NCBI GenBank assembly: GCA_964512855.1
Contig: CAZELD010000001.1
Span: 343-64,342 of the forward strand
Source of the DNA: an uncultured Muribaculum sp.
Lineage (GTDB): Bacteria; Bacteroidota; Bacteroidia; Bacteroidales; Muribaculaceae
Direction: 5' to 3'
DNA: 64,000 nucleotides
The translations under genes were made by a program, and so were the position numbers. Positions within the stretch are counted from its first letter, which is position 1. Each line of letters begins with the position of its first letter. Under the pieces are notes generated by a model that had not been told where the DNA came from, ran no database searches, and saw nothing but the letters and a program-made list of their open reading frames with translations. This document shows, piece after piece, positions 19,368 to 28,232 of this stretch.

Positions 19368-21375
19368 TAACGAACTCGATTTACGGCGTTTTATCCGGGA
19401 AATTAAAAATCTTAAGTGGATATATGTAGCTGCATTAGTTATTTTTATAACAGCAGGAATTGCATACTATCTGAGAAGTATGCCTCAATATCAAGCTGTA
19501 GGAGAAGTGCTTATAGAGGATTCTTCCGAAAATACACCTACGGCTTCTGCCGGAGGTGTGTCGGCCATTATGCGGTCATTCTCCATCGGCGGTTTCGGAT
19601 CTTCGTCGGTCGACAATGAGATAGAGATCATGCGTTCCAATAATCTCCGTAGCCGAGTGGTGAAGCGCTTGAGATTGAACCGTATGTATGTGGAGCGTGA
19701 CGGGTTGAAAAAAAAGATGCTTTATACCTCTACACCTATTTTGGTGGAGCCTACTCCCGGAATGCTCGACACATTGACAACAGCAATGACTATCAGAATC
19801 AGTATAGACGGGGATCATGTAACAGCAAAAGCCACACAGGGACGTATTTTCAGAAAGACTCTCGGCGAGGTTAAAAATGCAGCTTTACCATGCGTTCTTT
19901 CAACTCCATACGGCGATTTCCAGATACTTAAATCAGCCAATTACGAGAATGGGATGAAAGCTGATATTGACGTCACTATAATGAGCAATGAAGCTGCGGC
20001 AAAATTACTTTCGGAACAGCTTTATTTGGAGATAAGCGACGCTAAGACTGATGTGATTTCATTAACCTACAGCAGCCCTAACCGCAAAAAGGCCATGAAT
20101 GTAGTCGATGCGGTGATGGATGAATATAATAAAATACGAGTTGAGCGCCGCCATGACAACGCACGTCAGGAAATGGAGTATTTCAAAGCCCGATTGGTGG
20201 TTGTCGGTGAAAACCTTAATAAAGCCGAAACGGAACTTGAAAATTTTGTAAAAGAAAAAGATTTTGTTGGCGGTGAACAGATAGCCGGAATGCTTATCGG
20301 TGGCACTGTCGGCAAAAAAGAGGAATTGGTAAAGCTGCAGGCTCAGATTGACTATTATAATGACGTTTTGAAAATATTGAAGAGCGGTAGCATGGGCGAT
20401 ATGTTGCCCGTAATGGAATCGTCTAAAAATTCAGCAATTGAGGCCTACAATGAGGCCATTATGAAGCGTAAAAGTCTTGAACTGTCGGCTACTCCTGAGA
20501 ATAAATCATTGCAATTGCTTAATAATCAGATTGATTATCTGCGTGATTTCGTCAAGGGTAATATGGAGATAATGCTTGAACAGGCTCAACTTAACATGAA
20601 TACGTTGAATCAACTTACAGCGACGGCGACCAATAAAATCAATAAATTGCCGGAACTTGAACGCGAGTACGCATCATTGGTGCGCGATCAAAAATTCAAT
20701 AATGAACTTTACTTGTTCCTTTTACAGAAAAAGGAAAGTTCGGAGCTGAAGTTTTACTCTAACTCCACTCTCGGTTTTGTGTTTGAAGACGCTTTCTGCG
20801 GTTTGAAGCCTAAGAACACCAAAGGCTTTCTGGCGTTGCTTGCCGCATTGGTTCTTTCTATTCTGTTGCCCACCTGCCTTGCGGCTATAATGTTGTGGAG
20901 ACGAAATAAAGTGGATGAACCTATGGATTTAAGATCAATTGGACTTGAAAACCATGCGGAAATCTATGCTGACAACAAAGTGAGCGTAGCGTCATTGCGC
21001 CAATTGATGTTGGATAGCGGCAGTCGGCTTTTCGCTGTGATTGACTATGGTGTGAATAGTGATATTATGGAAATAATATCATCGAGCTTTAAAAATATAG
21101 ATAAAACAGTATATTGGGATAATTCGATCAAAAATAATGATCAATTCTTGACCGATACGTTTGGAGTTCATACTGCAGAATTAATGAAAAAGTATGATAT
21201 AGTGTTTGATGTAATTCCGGAGAAAAATTCCATAAATATAATATCATCAAAACTTAAATCAGACGGATATGGAGCGCTTGTGCTAATCCCTGCCGGAAAA
21301 ATAAGAGTCAAAACATTAAATAACGACTTGTCTAATATTGATTTAAGCTCAGTTTATACTCTAATAACCGTATAA
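19354..21375 (+). CDS. polysaccharide co-polymerase (Wzz/Wzc/GumC-like) with degenerate kinase-like tail
   Basis: Two TM helices flank a ~450-aa coiled-coil periplasmic region. The 158-aa cytoplasmic tail has a Walker-B-like YDIVFDVIPE but no GxxxxGK[ST] anywhere in the protein. Confidence 0.75.
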   Translation: MEKYSNELDLRRFIREIKNLKWIYVAALVIFITAGIAYYLRSMPQYQAVGEVLIEDSSENTPTASAGGVSAIMRSFSIGGFGSSSVDNEIEIMRSNNLRSRVVKRLRLNRMYVERDGLKKKMLYTSTPILVEPTPGMLDTLTTAMTIRISIDGDHVTAKATQGRIFRKTLGEVKNAALPCVLSTPYGDFQILKSANYENGMKADIDVTIMSNEAAAKLLSEQLYLEISDAKTDVISLTYSSPNRKKAMNVVDAVMDEYNKIRVERRHDNARQEMEYFKARLVVVGENLNKAETELENFVKEKDFVGGEQIAGMLIGGTVGKKEELVKLQAQIDYYNDVLKILKSGSMGDMLPVMESSKNSAIEAYNEAIMKRKSLELSATPENKSLQLLNNQIDYLRDFVKGNMEIMLEQAQLNMNTLNQLTATATNKINKLPELEREYASLVRDQKFNNELYLFLLQKKESSELKFYSNSTLGFVFEDAFCGLKPKNTKGFLALLAALVLSILLPTCLAAIMLWRRNKVDEPMDLRSIGLENHAEIYADNKVSVASLRQLMLDSGSRLFAVIDYGVNSDIMEIISSSFKNIDKTVYWDNSIKNNDQFLTDTFGVHTAELMKKYDIVFDVIPEKNSINIISSKLKSDGYGALVLIPAGKIRVKTLNNDLSNIDLSSVYTLITV

Positions 21376-21379
21376 ATTT

Positions 21380-22198
21380 ATGGTGGCGCAGAATATACAG
21401 GATGAACTAAGGGCGCGATTCAACCCTGACGGATCCGATTTCCGGAAGGTGCAGTTGCGTCTGTTGGATATGCTCCTGTATATTGACCGCATCTGCAAAG
21501 AAAACAATATAGATTACTGGCTTAGCTCAGGCACGCTTATCGGCGCGGTGCGTCACGGAGGATTTATTCCATGGGATGATGATGTGGATGTGGAAATGAT
21601 GCCCGAGGGGTTAAAACGCTTTATCCGTATTGTGGAGAATGACGGCGCAGGGCGATATGCCATTCACAATCATTCAAATGATCCTAACTATCTTTTCACA
21701 TTCACGAAATTGCGTGATTTGAACACTTATATCGAAGAAGAGAAAGTAGTTCCTCAGAAGTTGCTCTATGAAGGGTGTTCCATCGATATATTCACTCTGG
21801 TTCCGAGTAATTCCCGGCGGATGCACGTGTTGGCTCGCAAATGTATAGGCAAAGAGATGACGTTGTGGCGCGCTATCGCGTATCGACCTGAATCGCAACA
21901 GAAAATATTGAAAACTCTCATTGATTTTCCGATAAGGAAAATCGCATTGCCGATTCTTACATTCCTATCACGCATGGGTGCCGGCAGCCGGTTGCGGCAC
22001 ACTTTGTCCGCGCCATTTCACGCTCCGCGACGCCGGGAAGAGATATTTCCGTTGGGTAAGGTAAGCTTTGAAGGGCATGAATTTCCCGCTCCGGGAAATT
22101 CAGACGCATACCTGCGGCGTATTTACGGCGATTACACCAAGATTCCTGCCATGGATAACATCCATGTCCACGCAAAAAAAATAGAGATCTATGGCTAA
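21380..22198 (+). CDS. licD: LicD-family phosphotransferase
   Basis: YWLSSGTLIGAVRHGGFIPWDDDVDVEM signature. Confidence 0.85.
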   Translation: MVAQNIQDELRARFNPDGSDFRKVQLRLLDMLLYIDRICKENNIDYWLSSGTLIGAVRHGGFIPWDDDVDVEMMPEGLKRFIRIVENDGAGRYAIHNHSNDPNYLFTFTKLRDLNTYIEEEKVVPQKLLYEGCSIDIFTLVPSNSRRMHVLARKCIGKEMTLWRAIAYRPESQQKILKTLIDFPIRKIALPILTFLSRMGAGSRLRHTLSAPFHAPRRREEIFPLGKVSFEGHEFPAPGNSDAYLRRIYGDYTKIPAMDNIHVHAKKIEIYG

Positions 22199-22256
22199 AA
22201 GCTATAGCATATTGATGCGGTTCAAGGATGTTCTTGCATAATAGAGCCGATTTAAT

Positions 22257-22264
22257 TATCTTTG
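22257..22264 (+). promoter_or_regulatory. -7 promoter box TATCTTTG
   Basis: TAnnTTTG, 46 nt upstream of the wzx ATG at 22311. Confidence 0.5.
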
Positions 22265-22310
22265 TAGATGTTAGAAAACATTATCTCTTAATTTTATAAT
22301 TTAGAGTTCA

Positions 22311-23645
22311 ATGGAGCTAAAAAAAGTCCTAAATCACATTCCGGGAGTCTCTCGAATATTGCAATCACCAATTGGAATACGATTGTTAAAAGGTGGATTT
22401 TGGAGTATAGTTGGAAATATTTTAAGCAAGGGCATAGTTTTATTAAGTACGATTGTAGTAGCTCATATTCTCGGGAAGACAGGATATGGTGAATACAGCA
22501 TAATTCGTACAACGATTTTTATGTTTATTGCTATTGCATCGGTTGGAGTTGGAGCCACAACAACTAAATATATTTCTCAATATCGTGGCACGGATATTCA
22601 AAAAGCATATAATATCTATGTTATAGGAAATATATTTTCAATTATATTTGGCCTGATAACATCATTCATGGTTATTAGGTTTGCCGATTGGATAGCCGAC
22701 ACGCAATTAGATGCTCCATATTTGTCGAGTAGTATATGTTATGGCGCTCTACTGTTATTTTTTTGCTCAGTAAATGGCGTGCAAGTAGGCGCATTGACCG
22801 GATTTGAAAATTTTAAAGATATTGCCAAAAATTCATTTTGGTCAAGCATTGTAGAGCTTCTTGCAATATGTATTTTAGCGTTAAAATGGGGAATCAACGG
22901 AGCTTTAATTGGAAGTGGAATTGGATACGTGGTGCTTACCGTAATCAATCACCTTAGTATTAGAAATCATTTTAAAGATGATATTAATAAAAATATTAGG
23001 GTAATAAAAAAGGAGGATATTAGTGTCATTTGGATCTTCGGACTTCCCGCAGCATTGTGTAATGTGTTGGTTTTATTTGCATTATGGGTTAGTCGGGCAT
23101 ATCTTGTCCGTGAAACAAATTTTGGAGAAGTTGCAATATATAATGCCGCCGATCAAATAAAAACATTTATTTTATTCATTCCAATAGCTTTATCAACTAT
23201 TATATTGCCGATACTTACAAATATTAAACACACGGAAGACACAAAAACTTATAATTCAATTTTAAGATATAATATAATAGCTAATGTTGGAATTGCTGCT
23301 GTTATCGCATTGATTGTTTGTTTGCTTGCAAATCCAATATTAAGTTTATGGGGAAAAGACTTCCAAGAACCATGGCCGCTTGTAATACTTGCGTTATCGG
23401 CCATATTCTCTTCTTTTTCAACAGTCATAGGGCAGGCAATCGCAAGTCAAGGTAAGATGTGGGTCGGATTTCTATGTAACTTGATTTGGAGTGCTATGGT
23501 AGTTGGCTTTTCATATTATTTTATCCAATGCGGAATGGGAGCTAACGGATTGGCTTTAGCTATACTATGCGCTTATATTATACATGGGTTATATCAATAT
23601 ATCTATTTGAAGTGTTTTTTAATAAAACCCAATATTGAAAATTAA
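22311..23645 (+). CDS. wzx: oligosaccharide/polysaccharide flippase (MOP superfamily, Wzx-like)
   Basis: 444 aa, about 12-14 TM helices, very AT-rich, in a polysaccharide-locus context. Confidence 0.8.
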   Translation: MELKKVLNHIPGVSRILQSPIGIRLLKGGFWSIVGNILSKGIVLLSTIVVAHILGKTGYGEYSIIRTTIFMFIAIASVGVGATTTKYISQYRGTDIQKAYNIYVIGNIFSIIFGLITSFMVIRFADWIADTQLDAPYLSSSICYGALLLFFCSVNGVQVGALTGFENFKDIAKNSFWSSIVELLAICILALKWGINGALIGSGIGYVVLTVINHLSIRNHFKDDINKNIRVIKKEDISVIWIFGLPAALCNVLVLFALWVSRAYLVRETNFGEVAIYNAADQIKTFILFIPIALSTIILPILTNIKHTEDTKTYNSILRYNIIANVGIAAVIALIVCLLANPILSLWGKDFQEPWPLVILALSAIFSSFSTVIGQAIASQGKMWVGFLCNLIWSAMVVGFSYYFIQCGMGANGLALAILCAYIIHGLYQYIYLKCFLIKPNIEN

Positions 23646-23651
23646 CTGATT

Positions 23652-24428
23652 ATGGTCACGATTTTATTTCACTCCACTATATTCGGGCCGATTCATAGCC
23701 GTCGGCTTGGCGCTTCGTTGGGTATCAATCTTATGCCCGACGATGGCAAGGTGTGTTCTTTTGACTGCTTGTATTGCGAGGCGGGGTATAATTCTCAGGG
23801 TCCGGGAACTTCGGGGCTTCCCTCACGGGAGAAAGTGAAGGCGCTTCTTGATGAAAAATTGAAGTCAATGTCGAATGAAGGCGCGAAACTTGACGTAATC
23901 ACTTTTTCGGGGAATGGCGAACCGACGCTTCATCCCGACTTTGAAGGCATTGTGGATGACACCATTGAGCTTCGCGACAAGTATTATCGTGATGCGAAAG
24001 TGTCGGTTCTTTGCAACTCCACACGTTTGGATAGGGAGGATGTGTGCCGCGCGCTTAGACGGGTTGATAATTGTATTTTGAAGCTGGATTCGGCCTTGAC
24101 GCCTACAATGAGGTTGATCGACCGGCCGGTTAATAAAGATTTTTCATGCGAGACCCTTATACCGCAACTGGCGAAGTTTGGCGAAAAATGCATTATTCAG
24201 ACAATGATGTTGCGTGGCTCACATAACGGTCAAACGGTTGACAATACCGGCTCGGAAGAGATTGAGGCGCTGATTGAGGCGTATAAGCGCATAGGGCCGG
24301 CTGAGGTGATGCTGTATTCTATCGACCGTCCGACGCCGGAGAGCAACCTTAAACGGGTTGAAAAGGATGAACTTGAACGGATCGCCGACCGAATACGCGC
24401 CGCCGGCATAAAAGTGCAGGTAAACTGA
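23652..24428 (+). CDS. radical SAM protein, uncharacterised family
   Basis: CSFDCLYCEAG (CxxxCxxC) cluster motif and GNGEPTL. Confidence 0.8.
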   Translation: MVTILFHSTIFGPIHSRRLGASLGINLMPDDGKVCSFDCLYCEAGYNSQGPGTSGLPSREKVKALLDEKLKSMSNEGAKLDVITFSGNGEPTLHPDFEGIVDDTIELRDKYYRDAKVSVLCNSTRLDREDVCRALRRVDNCILKLDSALTPTMRLIDRPVNKDFSCETLIPQLAKFGEKCIIQTMMLRGSHNGQTVDNTGSEEIEALIEAYKRIGPAEVMLYSIDRPTPESNLKRVEKDELERIADRIRAAGIKVQVN

Positions 24429-25333
24429 TGAAGAGCGCTGTGATTCCTCGCCCGCTTGCCGAGGGCGATAAAATAGCGATTGTGTCGCCGGCGACAGTGA
24501 TAAACCCCGACTATGTGGATGGCGCCGTGTCGGCGTTGCGACGGATAGGATGGGATCCATACGTGGCGCCTCATGCTCTTGGCGTGTCAGGCTCTTTCAG
24601 CGGCACTGTCGAGGAGCGTCTTGCGGATATAAACGACGCATTGAACGATAGAGAGGTGCGGGCTATCCTCTGCAGCCGCGGAGGATATGGCGCGGCGCAT
24701 TTGCTCGACAAGCTCGACAGCCGGGCGTTTGTCGCCGATCCGAAATGGATAATAGGCTTCAGTGATATTTCGGCTCTTCATGCATATTCGGCGAAATGCG
24801 GCGTGGCGAGTATCCACAGCTCCATGTGCAAGCATTTGGCGTTGTTTGGGGAGAATGATGAATGTTCCGCCGCGCTTATCGGGATTTTGCGCGGTAAAAT
24901 GCCGTCATATAGTGTGGCGCCCCATCCTTACAATCGCCGAGGGCGTGCGTCGGGAAGAATCGAGGGAGGAAACCTTGCGGTGATTTCGGCATTGATCTCC
25001 ACTCCTTATTCTATGTTTGACGGTGAAGAGGATATTCTTGTGATTGAGGATATCGCCGAGCCGATATATAAAGTGGAACGCATCCTCTATCAACTGAAAT
25101 ATGCCGGGGTGTTCAACAGGATAAGCGCGTTGATTGTGGGCCAATTTACGGAATACCGTCCCGACAAAAACTACGGGGCGATGGAGGATATGATACGTGA
25201 TGCCGTGGCCGGATTTGATTTTCCTGTGACATTCAACTTCCCGGTGGGCCATGTGAACCGCAATCTGCCGCTTGTTATGTCGGTTCCGGCAGAACTTGAT
25301 GTGGCCGATAAAGAAGTCACTTTAAGGTATTAA
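24428..25333 (+). CDS. ldcA: LD-carboxypeptidase (peptidase S66)
   Basis: GGYGAAHLL, GFSDISALH (nucleophile Ser) and C-terminal PVGHV. The ATG shares 1 nt with the upstream stop (TGATG). Confidence 0.85.
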   Translation: MKSAVIPRPLAEGDKIAIVSPATVINPDYVDGAVSALRRIGWDPYVAPHALGVSGSFSGTVEERLADINDALNDREVRAILCSRGGYGAAHLLDKLDSRAFVADPKWIIGFSDISALHAYSAKCGVASIHSSMCKHLALFGENDECSAALIGILRGKMPSYSVAPHPYNRRGRASGRIEGGNLAVISALISTPYSMFDGEEDILVIEDIAEPIYKVERILYQLKYAGVFNRISALIVGQFTEYRPDKNYGAMEDMIRDAVAGFDFPVTFNFPVGHVNRNLPLVMSVPAELDVADKEVTLRY

Positions 25334-25385
25334 ATATTTTGATGCAGGGGATCGGGAGAATTCATATTTTTTATGAGACAGACTC

Positions 25386-26264
25386 TTATTCGACCGGCTC
25401 GACAGTGTAGCCCAATTTTCTCAGTTGAGCCAAAAGCCCTTGTTCACCAATAAGATGTGCTGCTCCTACGGCCACAAAAACCGTTTTTTCGGGGAGTATC
25501 TCGTTGAGTTTTGAAATCCACTTGTCGTTGCGGTTGTATAATAGCCGCTTCGCATCCTTCTCACTCATTCCTGTTTCAGGAGCAAACACGATCTCCTCAA
25601 TTTCCTCTAAGTTTCCGGCGAGGTATGCTTTTGCAAGCGCGCGGGCGAGTTCGGCTGCATCCGGATCTGTGCGTACTGTGTGCATCAGATCCTCTACCTG
25701 TTGGCTTATGGGATAGCACATCAGCATGGCTAATTGCTCGTCCATGGTTTCAAAGCCTTGCGCTGTTTTTCCGGCTTGGCGCCCTCTAATCTGTACGGTC
25801 ATATCAAGCTGTTCGGCGCCGTTGAATTCGGGGAAATCAACCATGGCCTGAAGCATGGCGATCTGAGTGTTCACCATCGCCGGTTTCAGCATATCCATCT
25901 GGCTTACTTTCACCATGCCGTGTGTGTATTTTGCGAGCACATCGTTGACGGAATCTATTTGAGCGGTGGTAAGTACCTTTGTGAGCGTGCTGTCGGAGGG
26001 CGCCATGCCAAATGTGATTACCATCCGTTCGGCCGATGGAGATGTCATCTCAGCCATGTCTATTTCTCCATAGACCGCGTCGACCGATTTAATTGCGTCG
26101 TTAACCCCCGGCACGCTGTCGATTACCGATGTCGGCGCGATGTGGTGTGTGGCGAAAATAAAAGAATCGCCTTTAGATCCGTTGCCCGATACTTTCCAAA
26201 ATAATTGCGCCGATACCGATAGCGCCGTCATGAGCGCAAGCGCCGATAGAGCTGCTCTGTTCAT
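25386..26264 (-). CDS. TraB/GumN family protein
   Basis: Signal peptide, FIFATHH near the N-terminus and VAVGAAHLIGEQGLLAQLRKLGYTVE at the C-terminus. Confidence 0.75.
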   Translation of the reverse strand: MNRAALSALALMTALSVSAQLFWKVSGNGSKGDSFIFATHHIAPTSVIDSVPGVNDAIKSVDAVYGEIDMAEMTSPSAERMVITFGMAPSDSTLTKVLTTAQIDSVNDVLAKYTHGMVKVSQMDMLKPAMVNTQIAMLQAMVDFPEFNGAEQLDMTVQIRGRQAGKTAQGFETMDEQLAMLMCYPISQQVEDLMHTVRTDPDAAELARALAKAYLAGNLEEIEEIVFAPETGMSEKDAKRLLYNRNDKWISKLNEILPEKTVFVAVGAAHLIGEQGLLAQLRKLGYTVEPVE

Positions 26265-26381
26265 ATTTGATATAGTGTGATGCGTATTTAATTGTGTAAA
26301 CGTAAGCCTTATTTTTAAATTGACAAAGAAAAAATTAGAAAAAATTGCACTTATAGTTTGGTTTTTATGATAACAAAAGGC

Positions 26382-26389
26382 TAATTTTG
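26382..26389 (+). promoter_or_regulatory. -7 promoter box TAATTTTG
   Basis: TAnnTTTG, 39 nt upstream of the ATG at 26429. Confidence 0.55.
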
Positions 26390-26428
26390 GGTGTATATAA
26401 ATATTACTAAACTAACAAATACAGAATT

Positions 26429-26983
26429 ATGGAAACATCTTATTTATTCCTCGCTGAAGGATTTGAAGAAATAGAAGCGCTTGCCACTGTTGACGTGTTG
26501 CGTCGCGCGGGGATGACTGTATATACTGTTTCAATCACATCCGACAAGGAGGTAAAAGGAACTAATGGAGTGACGGTTACAGCCGATAAGACAATCTCCG
26601 AGATTGACGCTAATGATGCCGAATGGCTCATCATTCCCGGCGGAATGCCAGGCGCTGCTAATCTTGCGGTTTGCGGCAAGTTGAAAGATATGCTCACTAC
26701 ACAGTGGAATAAACAGGGGAAGATTGCCGCTATATGCGCCGCCCCCGCTGTAGTGTTGGCTCCGCTTGGCATTGTGAGAGGACAGGAGGCTACTTGCTAT
26801 CCGTCATTTAAGGATGATTTGGTTAAGTATGGCGCGCAGTACCTGGATATGCGTGTTGTTGAGAGCGGAAACCTGATAACTGGCAACGGGCCGTCGTCGG
26901 CTCTGCTGTTCGCTTTTGCGATAGTTTCAAACACTCTCGGGCAAGATGTGGCCTCTTCTGTGGCTTCCGGTATGCTTGTATAA
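26429..26983 (+). CDS. DJ-1/PfpI family protein
   Basis: FEEIEAL and IAAICAAP (nucleophile-elbow Cys), 184 aa. Confidence 0.85.
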   Translation: METSYLFLAEGFEEIEALATVDVLRRAGMTVYTVSITSDKEVKGTNGVTVTADKTISEIDANDAEWLIIPGGMPGAANLAVCGKLKDMLTTQWNKQGKIAAICAAPAVVLAPLGIVRGQEATCYPSFKDDLVKYGAQYLDMRVVESGNLITGNGPSSALLFAFAIVSNTLGQDVASSVASGMLV

Positions 26984-26995
26984 GTGAAAATTCAC

Positions 26996-27003
26996 TATAT
27001 TTG
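26996..27003 (+). promoter_or_regulatory. -7 promoter box TATATTTG
   Basis: TAnnTTTG, only 5 nt upstream of the GTG start at 27009. Confidence 0.45.
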
Positions 27004-27008
27004 CATTT

Positions 27009-28199
27009 GTGAAGAAAAGAATTTTACTTGTAAATAAGTTCTATTATCGTCGTGGCGGCGACTGTGTATATGTGCTCAATCTCGAGTCATTGCTGAAAAG
27101 TCGCGGTCACGATGTCGCTGTCTATGCCATGGATTACCCCGACAATCTGCCTTCAGAATGGTCGGGATATTTTTCACATGAGGTGGATTTTGGGAAAGAT
27201 AAGTTGAATGGGATGAGACGTATTTTCGGATATGGAGATGTTGGGGACTCTTTTCGGCGTATACTGAATGATTTTCGTCCCGATGTTGTGCATTTCAATA
27301 ACACACACTCCTATCTTTCTCCCGTATTGGTGAAATTGGCATCCGAATTTGGCTCCAAAGTCGTGTGGACGTTGCATGATTATAAGTTGGTGTGCCCGTC
27401 TTATTCGTGCCTTCATAACGGTAAAGTGTGTGAAGATTGTTTTGAAGATTCGGCGGCGGTTGTGAAGAAGAGGTGTATGAAAGGATCGCTTGCGGCGAGT
27501 GTTCTCGCTTATGCCGAAGCTAAAAAGTGGAGCAAAGGGAAGTTATCGGAGTGGACTGATGTTTTCTTGTGTCCGAGCCGTTTCATGTCGTTGAAGATGG
27601 AAGAGGGCGGTTTTCCGCCGGTCAAGTTATATCAACTATATAATTTTATCTCTCCGGAGATGCTTGAATATTACTCGACGAGAAAAGCGAAGTCAACGCG
27701 CGAGGATTATTACTGCTATGTAGGGCGTTTGTCAAGCGAGAAAGGGGTGGGAACTCTTTTGAAGGTAGCATCCAAGCTTCCCTATGAACTTCGTGTAGCC
27801 GGAACCGGGCCTATGGAGGAGCGATTGAAATCAGAGTTTGCATCCTGCGGCAATATAAAATTTTTAGGACACCGCGCTCTTGAAGAGGTTCAGCAGTTGT
27901 TTGCGAATGCCCGATTTTCTGTTGTCCCTTCTGAATGGTATGAAAATAATCCGTTCAGCGTGATTGAATCGCTGTGTGGTGGAACGCCGTTTGTGGGAGC
28001 CGACATTGGCGGTATTCCCGAATTGGCCGACAGAAAGAACGGACTGATTTTCACATCAGGAGATATGAAAAGTTTACAGTTTGCCATTGAGGAGGCGTGG
28101 ACGCATGACTGGAATTATGCGGAAATACAGCAGAACGCATTGAGCCGATTCTCTCCGGAGCAACATTATTCGGCATTGGATAAAATATATAACGGATAA
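27009..28199 (+). CDS. glycosyltransferase family 4
   Basis: N-terminus KRILLVNKFYYRRGGD. C-terminal EWYENNPFSVIESLCGGTPFVGADIGGIPE (E-x7-E region). Confidence 0.85.
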   Translation: MKKRILLVNKFYYRRGGDCVYVLNLESLLKSRGHDVAVYAMDYPDNLPSEWSGYFSHEVDFGKDKLNGMRRIFGYGDVGDSFRRILNDFRPDVVHFNNTHSYLSPVLVKLASEFGSKVVWTLHDYKLVCPSYSCLHNGKVCEDCFEDSAAVVKKRCMKGSLAASVLAYAEAKKWSKGKLSEWTDVFLCPSRFMSLKMEEGGFPPVKLYQLYNFISPEMLEYYSTRKAKSTREDYYCYVGRLSSEKGVGTLLKVASKLPYELRVAGTGPMEERLKSEFASCGNIKFLGHRALEEVQQLFANARFSVVPSEWYENNPFSVIESLCGGTPFVGADIGGIPELADRKNGLIFTSGDMKSLQFAIEEAWTHDWNYAEIQQNALSRFSPEQHYSALDKIYNG

Positions 28200-28232
28200 A
28201 TTGCGTTATATATAGAATCATGTTTTAGACTT

